64,000 bases of DNA from NCBI GenBank assembly GCA_964530075.1, contig CAZGXU010000001.1:11288-75287 (forward strand), in the 5' to 3' direction. A model generated the notes under the pieces. That model was not told the origin of the DNA. It searched no databases and saw nothing but the letters and a program-made list of their open reading frames with translations. The translations under genes were made by a program, and so were the position numbers. This document shows positions 36,436 to 45,855 of this stretch, in pieces (the first letter of the stretch is position 1; each line of letters opens with the position of its first letter). This DNA comes from an uncultured Thermotogae bacterium (GTDB lineage: Bacteria > Bipolaricaulota > Bipolaricaulia > UBA7950 > UBA9294).

Positions 36436-37337
36436 GTTCCTCTCCTACCCCCGGTCTTCTGCTTCGTCGCCCTCGCCGTCCCTTCTTCCGCGGGGCCGGC
36501 GTCCCGCAGGCGCCGGACGACGGCGTTGATCACGTCGTCCGGGGTCGAAGCCCCGGCCGTGACGCCGAACCGACTCGTCCTCTCGAGCCAGCTGTCGTCG
36601 ATCTCGTCGGCCGATTCGATGTGGTACGTGCGGATCCCCGTCTCGCGACAGGTCTCCGCCAGCTTCCGTGTGTTGGCCGACGTCCGGCTCCCGACGACGA
36701 TCAGCGCGTCGACCGAGTCGGCGAGCTCCTTCGCCGCCTGGTAGCGGCGCCCCGTCTCCGGACACGTGGTGTCGATAATCCGGATCTCCGGCGCGGCCCC
36801 GGTCAGCCGCCGAACGATCGTCTGGGCGAACTCGGCGAACCGCGTCGGGTTCTTCGTCGTCTGCGCGATCAGCGCGATCCCCCGCTCGCCGATCGGGATC
36901 TCCACGTCCGGCGACTGCGTTGCCATCCCCTGCCCCCGCGTCCACGAGAGAATCCCGCGGACTTCGGGATGCTCGGACTCCCCGTAGAGGACGACGGTGA
37001 ACCCCTCCTCCACCAGCTTCGCCGCCGTCTCCTGAGCCCGACGGACGATCGGGCACGTCGTGTCGACGAGCCGCAGCCCACGCCGCTCGATCTCGGCGAA
37101 GACCTCCTCGCCGGCGCCGTGGGCGGTGATCGCGACCGTCCCATTCTCGGGGACCTCGTCGAGATCGGTCGCCATCTTCGCCCCCTTCGCGGCGAGGGCG
37201 TCGACGACGTGGGCGTTGTGGACGATCGCCCCGAGCGTATGGAGCGGCCCGTGCTCCGCGAGCTCGGTCTCGATCATCTGCACGGCGCGGCAGACCCCGC
37301 CGCAGAACCCGAGGACCTTCGCCCTGACGATGCTCAT
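36432..37337 (-). CDS. ispH: 4-hydroxy-3-methylbut-2-enyl diphosphate reductase IspH
   Basis: Internal ATG (MSIVRAKVLGFCGGVCRAV) overlaps the shc stop (ATGA). The three conserved Cys (GFCGGV, TTCPIV, TTCPET) are present. The long upstream extension is junk that overlaps shc. Confidence 0.9.
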   Translation of the reverse strand: MSIVRAKVLGFCGGVCRAVQMIETELAEHGPLHTLGAIVHNAHVVDALAAKGAKMATDLDEVPENGTVAITAHGAGEEVFAEIERRGLRLVDTTCPIVRRAQETAAKLVEEGFTVVLYGESEHPEVRGILSWTRGQGMATQSPDVEIPIGERGIALIAQTTKNPTRFAEFAQTIVRRLTGAAPEIRIIDTTCPETGRRYQAAKELADSVDALIVVGSRTSANTRKLAETCRETGIRTYHIESADEIDDSWLERTSRFGVTAGASTPDDVINAVVRRLRDAGPAEEGTARATKQKTGGRRGT

Positions 37338-39268
37338 TCCGCCTCCCTCGGCGCGGCCCGATAGCGTCCGAGCGCCATCAGCGGGAAGACGTCCCGATAG
37401 AGGTGATAGCGGATCATGAAGTCCGTCGGGAACCCGGCGCCGGTGAACTGCGGTTCGTCCCACCCACCCGATTCGTTCTGCGTCGCCGTGAGGTACTCGA
37501 TCCCCCTCTGCGTCGCCGGGTGGTCGACCTCCCCGGCCGCCAGAAGCCCGAGGAGGGCCCACGCCGTCTGCGACGCCGTCGACGGTCCTCGTCCCCGCCA
37601 GGCCGGATCGCCGTACCCTTCGATCCGCTCGCCCCACCCGCCGCTGGCGTTCTGGTGCGCGATCAGCCAATCGACGGCCCGCCGCACGTACGGGGACCCC
37701 ATGTTCTCCCCGACCGCCTCGAGCCCGGGGAGGACGCTCCCGATCCCGTACGTCAGGTTGACGCCCCATCGCCCGTACCAGGCGCCGTCGGGGTCCTGCT
37801 CCCGCTTGAGGTAGGCGACGGCCCGGTCGATGGTTCGATTCCCGATCCGCCGGCCGCGTCGGCCGAGGCATTCGACGACGTGTCCCGTCACGTCGGCCGA
37901 CGGTGGATCGATCACCTCGCCGAAGTCGCAGAACGGGATCTGCCGCGTCCACGTCCGCGTGTTGTTCCGGTCGAACGCGCCCCACCCGCCGTTTCGGCTC
38001 TGCATGCCGACGAGCCACTCTTCCCCCCGCGACAACGCGTCCCGCACGCGACGCGTCCCGCTCCCGCCGGCCTCGAGGAGGCCCATCATCACGACCGCTG
38101 TGTCGTCGGTGTCCGGATAGACGTCGTTGGCGAACTCGAACGCCCAGCCGCCGGGTTCCGCGTCGCAGCGGACCTGCCAATCGCCGCCGGTGAGAACCTG
38201 CTCGTCGAGGAGCCAGCGTGCGACGCGGGCGATCGCCGGGTGGTCGGCCGGAAGGCCGGCGTCCCGGAGCGCGATCAGAGTGAGCCCCGAGTCCCAGACC
38301 GGGGAGAGGCAGGACTGGAGGCGGAACGAACCCTCCTCTCGGATCGCGAACCCCGTCTCCCCGTAGATGCCGGCGAACCCCTTCGCGAGCGGGCCGTCGC
38401 CGTCGAGGGCGTGTCCGCGCAGCTTAAGCGCGATCAGCGAGTAGACCCACGGAGGCTGGATTCCGCCCCACGAGCCGTCCGCCTCCTGGCGTTCGAGGAT
38501 CCACGCCTCGGCCCGGGCGAGGGCGCGGCGGCGCAGCGGCTTCCAGGGGAGTCGCTCGTGCAGGCGGAGGACGCGATCGAGGAGGAGGAAGCCGCGCGCG
38601 CGCCATGTCGTCTTCGCCGGTCGGATCGAGAGATCGGCGTTCTCCCGGCCGTGGAGGAACAGCTCGTCGACCCGGGCGCCCTGCGGGAGCGGGACGACCG
38701 GCTTGGCGTCCATCAAGATCGCCATCGGCACGATCGTCTGCCGGGCCCAGCAGGCGAACGAGTAGATGCTGATCGGGGACCAGCTCGGCAGGAGGACGAA
38801 CTCGGGCGGGAGGACCGGGACGCCCTGCCAGTCCCACTCGCCCATCATCGCGAGCCAGATCTTGGTGAACACGCGAACGTTCTCCACGCCGCCGCGGGAG
38901 AGGATGAACATTCTCGCCTTCTCCATCTCGGGTCCGCTGGGCGGGATCCCGGCCATCTTGAGGGCGAGGTAGGCCTCGACCGTCGTCGACAGCTCGGGCG
39001 GACCGTCGTGCCAATTGGCCCAGGTTCCGTCCTCGCGCTGCTGCGACAGGATGTAGCTCGCGGCGTCGCGGGACTCCCGGGGATCGGTCTCTCCGAGGAC
39101 GTGGCGGAGGAAGACGTGCTCGGCGGTGATCGTGACGTTCGACTCGAGCTCCGCCCACCAGTAGCCCGCGTCGGACTGCAGCGACAGAAGATGCCCGATC
39201 GCCGCGTCGATCGTTCGGTCGATGTCAAGGGTCGGGGAGGGGCGTCGGGCGGTCGTCGGCCTACGCAT
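37334..39268 (-). CDS. shc: squalene-hopene cyclase
   Basis: QW motifs. DxDDTA catalytic motif (DVYPDTDDTAVV). About 640 aa. Confidence 0.9.
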   Translation of the reverse strand: MRRPTTARRPSPTLDIDRTIDAAIGHLLSLQSDAGYWWAELESNVTITAEHVFLRHVLGETDPRESRDAASYILSQQREDGTWANWHDGPPELSTTVEAYLALKMAGIPPSGPEMEKARMFILSRGGVENVRVFTKIWLAMMGEWDWQGVPVLPPEFVLLPSWSPISIYSFACWARQTIVPMAILMDAKPVVPLPQGARVDELFLHGRENADLSIRPAKTTWRARGFLLLDRVLRLHERLPWKPLRRRALARAEAWILERQEADGSWGGIQPPWVYSLIALKLRGHALDGDGPLAKGFAGIYGETGFAIREEGSFRLQSCLSPVWDSGLTLIALRDAGLPADHPAIARVARWLLDEQVLTGGDWQVRCDAEPGGWAFEFANDVYPDTDDTAVVMMGLLEAGGSGTRRVRDALSRGEEWLVGMQSRNGGWGAFDRNNTRTWTRQIPFCDFGEVIDPPSADVTGHVVECLGRRGRRIGNRTIDRAVAYLKREQDPDGAWYGRWGVNLTYGIGSVLPGLEAVGENMGSPYVRRAVDWLIAHQNASGGWGERIEGYGDPAWRGRGPSTASQTAWALLGLLAAGEVDHPATQRGIEYLTATQNESGGWDEPQFTGAGFPTDFMIRYHLYRDVFPLMALGRYRAAPREAE

Positions 39269-39896
39269 CCGCCCTCCCGGAGAGCGCGTCGACGAGAGCG
39301 CCGACGGCCGTTCCGAGCGCACGACCGGCGGCGATCGCCGCGCGCGCTGCGCGCGCGCTCTCGACGGGGTGCCGGAAGGCCGCGGTCCAGAACGGACGGT
39401 CGGCGGAGAACGGCAGGTCCGCCCGGACCGGATCGAGGACGGCGCGAAGCGCGATGAACGCGATCCCCCGATCCGCCGCCCATCGAGCGAGCGGGCCGCT
39501 CTCCATGTCGACCGCCGTCACGCCGCCCTCCGCCAGCGCGCGCTTCTCGTCCGCTTCGAGGACACGATCGGCGGACTCGCAGACGCCGATGCGAAGCCCT
39601 TCCGATCCACCGTTCAGCGCGCGGCGTGCCCGTTCCAGAAGCGCCGGGTCGACGCGGATCTCCTCGTGTCGGTGGCGGATGGTCCGCGCGAGGAACAGGT
39701 CCCCTCTTTCGATCCGCGGGTCGATCCCGCCGCAGAATCCGGTCGCGATGAGGTGCGACGCATCGGCCGACTCGGGGCCGAGCCCCTCCATCGTCTCGCG
39801 GGAACGCTCTCCGATTGCTGTCCGGACGACCCGAACCCCGGGGCCCCGGGCGATCCACCTCGACTCGATCGCGAAGCAGGCCGTGACGAGAATCAT
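39261..39896 (-). CDS. hpnG: hopanoid-associated nucleoside phosphorylase HpnG (PNP/MTAN family)
   Basis: Start MILVTACFAIE overlaps the hpnH stop (ATGA). PNP-UDP fold motifs. Cluster context. Confidence 0.75.
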   Translation of the reverse strand: MILVTACFAIESRWIARGPGVRVVRTAIGERSRETMEGLGPESADASHLIATGFCGGIDPRIERGDLFLARTIRHRHEEIRVDPALLERARRALNGGSEGLRIGVCESADRVLEADEKRALAEGGVTAVDMESGPLARWAADRGIAFIALRAVLDPVRADLPFSADRPFWTAAFRHPVESARAARAAIAAGRALGTAVGALVDALSGRADA

Positions 39897-40897
39897 CGCC
39901 CCCACGCCCCTCGGGCCAATCGAGCGAGCGCCTTCGGCTTGTGGAGTGCGTCGAGGATGCTCGCTCCCTCGAACGCCGAATGCATCATGCAATGGGCGCA
40001 TCGCGGATCGCGCCCCGGCCCGTATCGCTCCCACACATCATCGGCGAACAGCTCGTCGACATCGTCGACGTGCCGGTCGGCGATCGCGTAGCAGGGGAGG
40101 CGCCATCCGAGGACCGTGTACGTCACGGTCGTCCAGGCGGCGCAGTCGTATTCGCGCTCGCCACGCAGGAAGTCGAGATAGAGCGGGTTGTTGTAGAACG
40201 GGAAGCCCTTCGACGGGTCGAGGACGTCCCGGAAGACGGAGATCGACTCCTGTCGCTGCAGGAAGAGATCCCGGTCGGGCACGTCCTCGTACGAGTACCC
40301 GGGCGAGACCATCAGCCCCTCGACGCCCAGGTCGACCAACGCGGCGAAGAGCCGGTGCAGGTCCTCGACGTCCGAGCCGTGGAAGAGCGTCGTGTTGGTG
40401 CAGACGCGGTGCCCGCGCGCGACGGCGTCGCGGATCGCCGCGACGGCGGTCGCGTACGTTCCCGGATGCTCGGTCAGCCGATCGTGGGCCGACTCAGTCC
40501 CATCGAGGTGGACGACGAAGGCCAAACGCGTCGACGGCTCGAACAGGTCGAGCCTCTCCTGCAGCAGCAGGCCGTTCGTGCACAGGTAGATGAAGCGGCG
40601 ATCCTCGATGATCGCGCGGACGATCTCGCCGATCTGCGCGTGGAGGAGCGGTTCTCCGCCGGAGATCGACACGATCGGCGCGCCAGAGGCTCGGACGGCC
40701 GCGAGGGACTCGTCGACCGTCAGCCGCCGGTCGATGACGTCGCGGTACTCGCGGACGCGTCCGCAGCCGGTGCACTTCAAATTGCAGGCCTCGAGCGGTT
40801 CGAGCATCGTGACGAGGGGGAAGCGGCCGGCGCGCCGCGCGGTGCGTCCGATCAGGTGCCGGGCGACGGAGAGATCGAGTCGCAGCGGTCGGCTCAT
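39893..40897 (-). CDS. hpnH: adenosyl-hopene transferase HpnH (radical SAM)
   Basis: CNLKCTGC radical-SAM motif. Start MSRPLRL overlaps the upstream stop (ATGA). Confidence 0.85.
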   Translation of the reverse strand: MSRPLRLDLSVARHLIGRTARRAGRFPLVTMLEPLEACNLKCTGCGRVREYRDVIDRRLTVDESLAAVRASGAPIVSISGGEPLLHAQIGEIVRAIIEDRRFIYLCTNGLLLQERLDLFEPSTRLAFVVHLDGTESAHDRLTEHPGTYATAVAAIRDAVARGHRVCTNTTLFHGSDVEDLHRLFAALVDLGVEGLMVSPGYSYEDVPDRDLFLQRQESISVFRDVLDPSKGFPFYNNPLYLDFLRGEREYDCAAWTTVTYTVLGWRLPCYAIADRHVDDVDELFADDVWERYGPGRDPRCAHCMMHSAFEGASILDALHKPKALARLARGAWGR

Positions 40898-41895
40898 CTC
40901 TCCCTCCTCGCGAGAAAACCGATCAGCTCCTCCATCCGAGAGCGCCCGTCGTCCGAGAAGGGAAGCCGACGGAGTCGGTCGATCGCTTCGTTCAGGTAGC
41001 CCCGGACCAGGGTGTCGCACGCCGCCCGCACGTCGAGGGCGTCCAGCCGTCCGACGACCCAGGCGACGTCGTCATCGGCGATCCCGCCTTCGGCGGCCTC
41101 TTCACCGCCGTAGAGCCTCTTCAGCGCAGCCTCATCCTCCCCCACGGCGCGCTCGAACAGGAGGACGATCGGGAGCGTCTTCTTCCGCCGACGGATGTCC
41201 GACCCCGTCGCCTTCCCGAGCACGTCGTCCTCCCCCCAGATGCCGAGGAGATCGTCCTGGATCTGAAACGCCCGTCCGACCGACCCCCCCAGCCCGGCGA
41301 GCGTCGAACGGACGCGGCCGTTGACCCCGGAGGCGATCCCGCCGAGTTCGAAGGCACAGCGGAGGAGCGCCCCGGTCTTCCGGTCGATCATCGCCACATA
41401 GTCCTCGGCGGTGATGTCCCGACGTTCGAACTCGAGGTCGCGACACTGGCCTTCGATCATCTCCTGGGTTGCCCGAATCAGGCAGTCGGCGGCGGAAGGG
41501 GACGACCCGAGCGCGGTCGAAATCGCGAGGGCGTGCATCAGATCCCCGGCGTTGATCGCCTGCTCGATCCCGCAGATCGTCCAAACCGCGGGCCGGCCGC
41601 GGCGGACGCGGTCGCGGTCCTGAATGTCGTCGTGGATGAGCGAGAAGCCGTGGATCAGCTCGAGGCCTACGGCGCTGGGGAGGGCCGTCTCAAGGCTCCC
41701 CGCGAGCTGCTCCGCCACGAACAGGACGAGGCTCGGCCGGAGGAACTTGCCGGCCGGTCTCGTGGGCGTCCCGTGTTCGTCCTCCAGCCCGATGTGATAC
41801 CGAAGGAGCGAGCGGAGGGGCGCGTCGCCCTCCAGCGCGCGCGAGAGACCGCCCTCGATCTCCTCTCGGTACGCCTGAAGGATTCCTTGCGCCAT
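40894..41895 (-). CDS. polyprenyl diphosphate synthase (FPP/GGPP synthase family)
   Basis: FARM motif LIHDDIQD and SARM motif FQIQDDLLG. Confidence 0.85.
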   Translation of the reverse strand: MAQGILQAYREEIEGGLSRALEGDAPLRSLLRYHIGLEDEHGTPTRPAGKFLRPSLVLFVAEQLAGSLETALPSAVGLELIHGFSLIHDDIQDRDRVRRGRPAVWTICGIEQAINAGDLMHALAISTALGSSPSAADCLIRATQEMIEGQCRDLEFERRDITAEDYVAMIDRKTGALLRCAFELGGIASGVNGRVRSTLAGLGGSVGRAFQIQDDLLGIWGEDDVLGKATGSDIRRRKKTLPIVLLFERAVGEDEAALKRLYGGEEAAEGGIADDDVAWVVGRLDALDVRAACDTLVRGYLNEAIDRLRRLPFSDDGRSRMEELIGFLARRER

Positions 41896-41926
41896 ACGCT
41901 CTCCTTTCCCGCCGGATTGCCTGTCG

Positions 41927-42526
41927 TCAGACCGGCCACCGGAGGAGGCCTCGCTCCTCGGCGACCTTGACCAGTTCCGTCGCGGTTCGGGCGTCCAGCT
42001 TCCGCATCAACCGGGCGCGGTGGCTACGGACGGTGTGAATGCTCCGACTCATGATCGAGGCGATCTCTCGATTCCGCTTCCCCTCGGCGATTAGCTGGAG
42101 GACCTCGCGCTCCTTGGTCGTCAGGACCTCATCCTCCGGATCGCCCGGCGGGACGCACTCCTCTCCGGCCATGACCCGCTCGATCACCTCGATGAGCCGA
42201 TCCGGCGTCTCGTCTTTCACGACGTATCCTCGCGCCCCGGCGCTTCGCGCCCGGCGAGCGAGATGCTCGTCGGGGTGCATCGTCAGGATCACGACGCGCG
42301 TCTCCGAGGAGAGTCTGGCGATCCGCCGCGTCGCCTCGATTCCGTCGAGAAGCGGCATCGAGACGTCGACGAGCGCGACGTCCGGCCGGTGTTTCCGGAC
42401 CCCTTGGAGGAGCGAGCGTCCGTCCCCGGCCTCCGCGACGACGTCGATCCCGTGGGACGCGAGCAACGCGCGAATGCATGTACGCACGAGGTCGTGATCG
42501 TCCGCCAACACCACCCGGATGGCCAT
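41927..42526 (-). CDS. LuxR/NarL family response regulator
   Basis: REC domain (DDH..V...D) followed by a LuxR HTH (EREVLQLIAEGKRNREIA). Confidence 0.85.
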   Translation of the reverse strand: MAIRVVLADDHDLVRTCIRALLASHGIDVVAEAGDGRSLLQGVRKHRPDVALVDVSMPLLDGIEATRRIARLSSETRVVILTMHPDEHLARRARSAGARGYVVKDETPDRLIEVIERVMAGEECVPPGDPEDEVLTTKEREVLQLIAEGKRNREIASIMSRSIHTVRSHRARLMRKLDARTATELVKVAEERGLLRWPV

Positions 42527-42590
42527 CGTGGGGACATTCTACGGACCCCGCAAGAGGAAGGAAATGGGGGAGCGTGCTAATTGGATTTCA

Positions 42591-43163
42591 CTAGAGACCG
42601 ATCCGCCGCGCGCGTCCGATCAGGCCGGCGCGGGTGCGGACATCGAGTTTGGCCATCAGTTGCTGGACGTACGCCTCGATCGTCTTGGGCTGCAGGTCCA
42701 GGGTGGAGGCGATCTCGTCGTCCGTGGAACCCTGCGCGATCCGCGACAGGATCGCGCGCTCCCGCTCCGTCAATCCGCCCTCGACCGGGATCGACTCGCC
42801 GGCCGCGACGGAGCGGATCGCCTCGATCAACTCCTCCACCGGGGCCGACTTGGCGATCAGTCCGCACGCGCCGCGCTCGCGGGCCTCCGCCGCGTACTCC
42901 GGCTCCGAGTGCATCGAGAGGACGAGGACGTGGGTTTCCGGGTTCCTTTTGCGGATCCGGTCGATCAGGTCGAGGCCGTTGGCATCCGGGAGGGCGATGT
43001 CGAGAAGGAGGACGTCGGGCCGCGCTTCCCCGACGGCTCGGACCGCGGCGGAGGCGTCTCCGACAGAGGCGACGACGTCGATCCCCCGCTCGGCCGAGAT
43101 CAGGTCGGAGAGCGCGTCGCGGATCAGCCTGTGGTCATCGACGATCACGACTCGGATCGGCAT
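42591..43163 (-). CDS. LuxR/NarL family response regulator (second copy)
   Basis: REC domain followed by a LuxR HTH (ERERAILSRIAQGSTDDEIA). Confidence 0.85.
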   Translation of the reverse strand: MPIRVVIVDDHRLIRDALSDLISAERGIDVVASVGDASAAVRAVGEARPDVLLLDIALPDANGLDLIDRIRKRNPETHVLVLSMHSEPEYAAEARERGACGLIAKSAPVEELIEAIRSVAAGESIPVEGGLTERERAILSRIAQGSTDDEIASTLDLQPKTIEAYVQQLMAKLDVRTRAGLIGRARRIGL

Positions 43164-44442
43164 CGAACGGAACCTCCACGGTGACGATTGTACCCCCGCC
43201 CGGCGCTTGCCCGATCGAGACCGTTCCTCCGCTGACCTCGACGCGCTCCCGGATGCCGGGGAGGCCGAGCCCCGGCGGACCGTCCGGGCGGAAGCCGACG
43301 CCGTCGTCCCGGACCGTTAGACGGAGCGTCTTTCCTTCGGCGTGGAGAGCGAGGCTCACGCGGTCGGCCTCCGCGTGTCGGATCACGTTCTGCATCGCCT
43401 CCTGCGCGACGAAGAAGAGGAGGCTCTCGACGCCGACATGCGGCCGCTCGGACAGGTGCGCCTCGACCTCGACCGCGAGCCCGCTCTCCGCCGCGACGGA
43501 CTCCCCGAGGCGCTCGAGCGAAGGGACCAATCCGAGGTCGTCGAGGAGCGGAGGCCTGACGGAGTAGGCGAGCGATCGGGTCTGCTCAATCGAGCGATCG
43601 ATGATCTCGCAGACCTCCCCGTACGCCCCGGGCCCGAGGCGCTCCTTGTGCGGCGTCAGACGGAGCTTGATCGCCGCGAGCGTCTGGATCAGATCGTCGT
43701 GAAGGGTGCGGGCGATCCGTCGGCGCTCCTCGTCCTGGGCCGTCAGCAGCCGCCTCGACAAGCGGGAGAGCTCCCGCTCCCGCCGGGCGAGGACGCGGTT
43801 CTTGTGCGCGAAGACGTCGGCGAACGAGCGGACGGTGAGCGCGACGACGGCGTACATGCCGACGGCGCCGGCCAGGATCGTCGTTAGCGCGTACCCGAGG
43901 CTTCGGTGCGGCTCCCCGACGGCGGAGAAGAGGGATCGGTGAGGGATCACCCCGACGTACTCGAGCAGGACGAGTCCGGAATACGAGAGGACGACCAGGA
44001 ACGTGACGAGGGAGCCCTGGAACCGCGTGAGGAAGATGTTGGCGTAGATGACGGTAAACATGTAGAAGGTGACGCCGATCCATTCGCTCCCGCCCATGAA
44101 GTGGACGAGAAACGTGATCAGGAGGACCTCAGTGAGGAAGAAGCCGGTGTGAGCCCAATGGAGGGCGCGGAGCGTGCGCTGCCTGTCGATGAGGTACTTG
44201 AACGGGAAGGTCAGCAGGAACCAGACGAGCGGCGAGTAGAAGACCGGGTTGAGGTAGCTGATTCGGCTCGCGAACAGGACGACGAGGGCGACGGCCGAGA
44301 AGACGCCGAGGGTGATCCTGCGGACGCGGATCGTTCGGGTGATCCCCCGCCTCAACTCGTCGAAATCGGTGATGTCGTACATCTCGTGCCACCCGCTCCG
44401 ATCCCTTCGCCGTGGATCGTAGCGGGCCGGCGGAATTGGCAC
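43135..44442 (-). CDS. sensor histidine kinase (HisKA_3/NarX-DegS type) with multi-TM sensor domain
   Basis: About 6 TM helices. H-box LHDDLIQTLAA. HATPase_c (GLGLPGIRERV). Alternative start MYDITDF at 44382. Confidence 0.8.
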   Translation of the reverse strand: MPIPPARYDPRRRDRSGWHEMYDITDFDELRRGITRTIRVRRITLGVFSAVALVVLFASRISYLNPVFYSPLVWFLLTFPFKYLIDRQRTLRALHWAHTGFFLTEVLLITFLVHFMGGSEWIGVTFYMFTVIYANIFLTRFQGSLVTFLVVLSYSGLVLLEYVGVIPHRSLFSAVGEPHRSLGYALTTILAGAVGMYAVVALTVRSFADVFAHKNRVLARRERELSRLSRRLLTAQDEERRRIARTLHDDLIQTLAAIKLRLTPHKERLGPGAYGEVCEIIDRSIEQTRSLAYSVRPPLLDDLGLVPSLERLGESVAAESGLAVEVEAHLSERPHVGVESLLFFVAQEAMQNVIRHAEADRVSLALHAEGKTLRLTVRDDGVGFRPDGPPGLGLPGIRERVEVSGGTVSIGQAPGGGTIVTVEVPFDADPSRDRR

Positions 44443-44518
44443 AAGCGCGGTGCCGTCGGGACCGCCGGTTTGAGTCGAACGATCCGCGGGATATTATCGT
44501 CTGCTCGAAGGAGGGCGG

Positions 44519-45733
44519 ATGGGTCACCCGAAGAGGCGGATTGCGATCCTCGGCTCGACCGGATCGATCGGCACGCAGACCCTCGATGTCATCGACCGTC
44601 TGGGGAGGGCCGGGTGGGAGTTCGAAGTCGTCGGACTGGCCGCGAGGTCGAGCACCGGCTTGCTGATCGAGCAGGCCGAGCGGTATCGACCGCGCGCCGT
44701 CTCGATCGCGGCGGAGAGCGCGGTCGATGCGCTCCGTCGCCGCCTGCCCGAGGGTCTCGAAGTCCTCCACGGAGCGGGCGGGCTGCTCCGTCTCGCGGAG
44801 CGGGAGGACGTCGACGTCCTCGTCAACGCGGTCTACGGTGCGGCCGGTCTCCCGCCGACCCTGGCCGCGCTCGCGCTCGGGAAGACGGTTGCGTTGGCCA
44901 ATAAGGAGAGCATCGTCATTGGCGGCGACCTGATCCGAAGCCTTCTCACCGAGCACGGGGGAACGCTCCTGTCGATCGACAGCGAGCACCACGCGCTTCA
45001 CCAATGCCTCCACGGCCACGCCCCGACCGACGTACGTCGCCTGATTCTCACCGCGTCCGGCGGCCCGTTTCTTCACACCGATCCCGAGGATCTGGCGACA
45101 GTCACGCCGGAGGACGCGCTCCGACACCCGACGTGGACGATGGGGCGCCGGATCACCGTCGACTCGGCGACGATGGTGAACAAGGCGTTCGAGGTCGTCG
45201 TCGCGCACCACATGTACGGTGTCGGCTACGATCGAATCGACGTCGTCGTCCAGCCGGATTCGTACGTCCACTCCCTCGTCGAGTTCCGCGAGGGGTCGAT
45301 CGTGGCCGAACTCGGACCGCGCGACATGCGGATCCCGATTCAGAATCTCCTGATCGATCCGCATCGCGTGGAGACCGGCCTCCCCCGGCTTCGGCTCGAT
45401 GAGCCGCTGCAGATCGGCTTCCTGCCGTTCGAGGAGGCCCGATTCCCGGCCTACTCGGTGGTCGTCGCGGCGGCCCGGGAGGGCGGGAGTGCCCTCGCGG
45501 CGGTGAACGCCGCCGACGAGGTCCTCGTCGATCGGTTCCTGAACGGAGAGATCCGGTTCACCGGAATCGCGGCGGGCCTCGCGGCGGTCCTCGATCGCTG
45601 GCGGACCGAGAAGAAGGCCGAGCCCGACGACCGAAGCCCCGAGCTCCCGCGGCTTCTCGGGGTCGATCGCTGGGCGCGCGAGGCGGTGGCCGGATTGCAG
45701 CTCGAACCGCCGGAGGGGCCCGCCCCCGGTTGA
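44519..45733 (+). CDS. dxr: 1-deoxy-D-xylulose 5-phosphate reductoisomerase
   Basis: N-terminal ILGSTGSIGTQTLDV. Conserved Dxr blocks throughout. Confidence 0.9.
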   Translation: MGHPKRRIAILGSTGSIGTQTLDVIDRLGRAGWEFEVVGLAARSSTGLLIEQAERYRPRAVSIAAESAVDALRRRLPEGLEVLHGAGGLLRLAEREDVDVLVNAVYGAAGLPPTLAALALGKTVALANKESIVIGGDLIRSLLTEHGGTLLSIDSEHHALHQCLHGHAPTDVRRLILTASGGPFLHTDPEDLATVTPEDALRHPTWTMGRRITVDSATMVNKAFEVVVAHHMYGVGYDRIDVVVQPDSYVHSLVEFREGSIVAELGPRDMRIPIQNLLIDPHRVETGLPRLRLDEPLQIGFLPFEEARFPAYSVVVAAAREGGSALAAVNAADEVLVDRFLNGEIRFTGIAAGLAAVLDRWRTEKKAEPDDRSPELPRLLGVDRWAREAVAGLQLEPPEGPAPG

Positions 45734-45855
45734 CGGCCCGGCGCGTCCGACATAGAGTCCTCGTACCGGAAGCGAAGGCCGGTCCTCACAGGCGTCCGCC
45801 GGGCGAAGGGTCGGGCGGGAGCCATTCAGAGTCGCAGACGAAGGGAGGAATCGAG

